64,000 nucleotides of DNA from Chrysomallon squamiferum (taxonomy: Eukaryota > Animalia > Mollusca), in contig CM022670.1 of NCBI GenBank assembly GCA_012295275.1, forward strand, positions 7,378,001-7,442,000, read 5' to 3'. Of this stretch, positions 62,551-64,000 are shown one piece after another. The notes under the pieces were generated by a model. It saw only the letters and a list, made by a program, of their open reading frames with translations. It searched no databases and was not told the DNA's origin. Each line of letters starts with the position of its first letter. The stretch's first letter is position 1. Made by a program: the position numbers and the translations under genes.

Positions 62551-64000
62551 AATGTTACTGTATCTCTTCTTATCTTGATTGTTTGTTTATTTACTTTCAA
62601 TTTCAGGTGAAAGCAGGAGATGCAAGAAGCGTGTATTTCCCGATCATTCCATCACGTATTGGATACATAGACATACAGGTTTCTGGACGGACAAGAATAG
62701 CTGCAGACGCTGTTAGACGACAACTTCTTGTAGAGGTATACACAAGAGTATAAACTGGGATTTTCAACAATTTAGACAGATTATATATGTAGATAGTCAG
62801 ACAAAATGAAAGAGTGGAACGAATATTTAACCTGAAGAAAATCTTTGGAAAAGTATTTTAATTAAGTTTTATTTATTTCAAGCCTGAGGGTCTTCCAATG
62901 GAGTACAACAGACCAGTTCTTATCGACTTGAAGACTGCAAAGAGTTTTTCTAAGACGGTCAGCATCACCTTCCCTCCTAACGTAGTTGACGGATCTCAGA
63001 GAGTGAAAATCTCCGCCATTGGTGAGTGAGAAACAGAAATTACTGAACAGCTGAAGTGTTTAGAATGCAACAGAAGACACATTGAACGATACATAATAAG
63101 TGATAAACGTTGTTTATAAGACAAACGAGTTATTTAAGTATTTGAAAAATAATACTAAAAGTAATACACGCGTTTCTTGTTTGTGATCAAAACTTTATTG
63201 TTCTCATCCCTCCACATCTTTCGAGCCGCTCTGAAAAATACCGAAGTCTTGAAACTAGAATAACTAGAACACTAAAAATAAAATAAAAAAAAAAAAAAAA
63301 ATTAAATATTAAAAACCCCCACCAAAAACTGTTAAGTTTGTAATAATAATAATTTTTTTCTTTTTCTTTCAGGTGATTTAATGGGCTCCAGCATCAGCGG
63401 ACTAGAAAACTTGTTAAAAATGCCTTACGGCTGTGGAGAACAAAACATGCTGAACTTCGCACCTACAGTTTTCGTAGTAAATTACTTGAAGGAACTCAAC
63501 CAGTTGGATGGCAGCATCCTAAGCAAAGCCATTGGATTTATGGAAATAGGTTTGAGTTATTTGTTGAATGCAGTTTCAGCGGTTGTTAACTACTGATAAA
63601 TGATGTAATATGTATGTCTGTTACTTTATTACAGTAGTCCAAAGAATGAATGTGAACATATTTAAAACATAATGAGATGTATAGGAGATATTACTGTATC
63701 ACAATGTACTGGATGTCATCTTTTTATTGTAGAATACTGAATTTGATATTTTAATGAAATATTTGGAAACCACCAGTTTAAAATGAATATTTTACCACCA
63801 TCAGAAACCATAATTTAAACAGTAATATTTTTTTATCATTTATTACTGTCACCATCACCATGACCATCATTTTATATCTCTCTCTCTGTCTCTTTCTACA
63901 TATATATATTAATTTATTTTAATTTATTTATTTCAGGGTATCAGCGAGAACTGACTTATCAACACAGAGATGGTTCTTTCAGTGCTTTTGGTGACAGTGA

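Larger units (their letters stand above)
54669..64000 (+). pseudogene. TEP: TEP/CD109-like copy D, probably a pseudogene; spans a gap and runs off the window end
   Basis: Exon 1 is 54669-54673. Exon 2 starts at 55488 but breaks at about 55511 into LINE-flank sequence. After the gap are equivalents of exons 17-26: 58789-58890, 59478-59523, 59987-60176, 60727-60844, 61375-61486 (112 nt versus 114, a frameshift), 62189-62290, 62607-62735, 62883-63021, 63373-63549 (GCGEQ), 63937->64000. The parts on either side of the gap could belong to different copies. Confidence 0.75.

Overview
AT-rich, microsatellite-rich animal genomic DNA, probably a mollusc (inferred from gene content and repeat style), with two 200-N scaffold gaps at 13458-13657 and 58512-58711. 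The window is a tandem array of + strand thioester-containing protein genes (TEP/CD109-like, alpha-2-macroglobulin/C3 superfamily). Copy A contributes its last two exons (230-871). Copy B contributes exons 1-9 (8406-13422) before a gap. Copy C is complete: 37 coding exons, about 1404 aa (18664-45901), with an intact GCGEQ thioester motif. Copy D is damaged (54669 to >64000). Interleaved with the TEP genes, and duplicated along with them, is a gene family I cannot assign, encoding a secreted protein of four ~120-aa Trp-rich repeats. It has one intact spliced copy on the minus strand (50137-47488), the promoter and first exon of another copy running into the first gap, and an inverted pseudogene carrying an apparent gene-conversion tract. 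The bait-region exon of the TEP paralogues is far more divergent than its own flanking introns. An I-group LINE (two copies), a Tc1 relic, a pogo-like relic, a MITE and minisatellites complete the window. All exon models were read by hand from splice sites and reading frame and have no transcript support.
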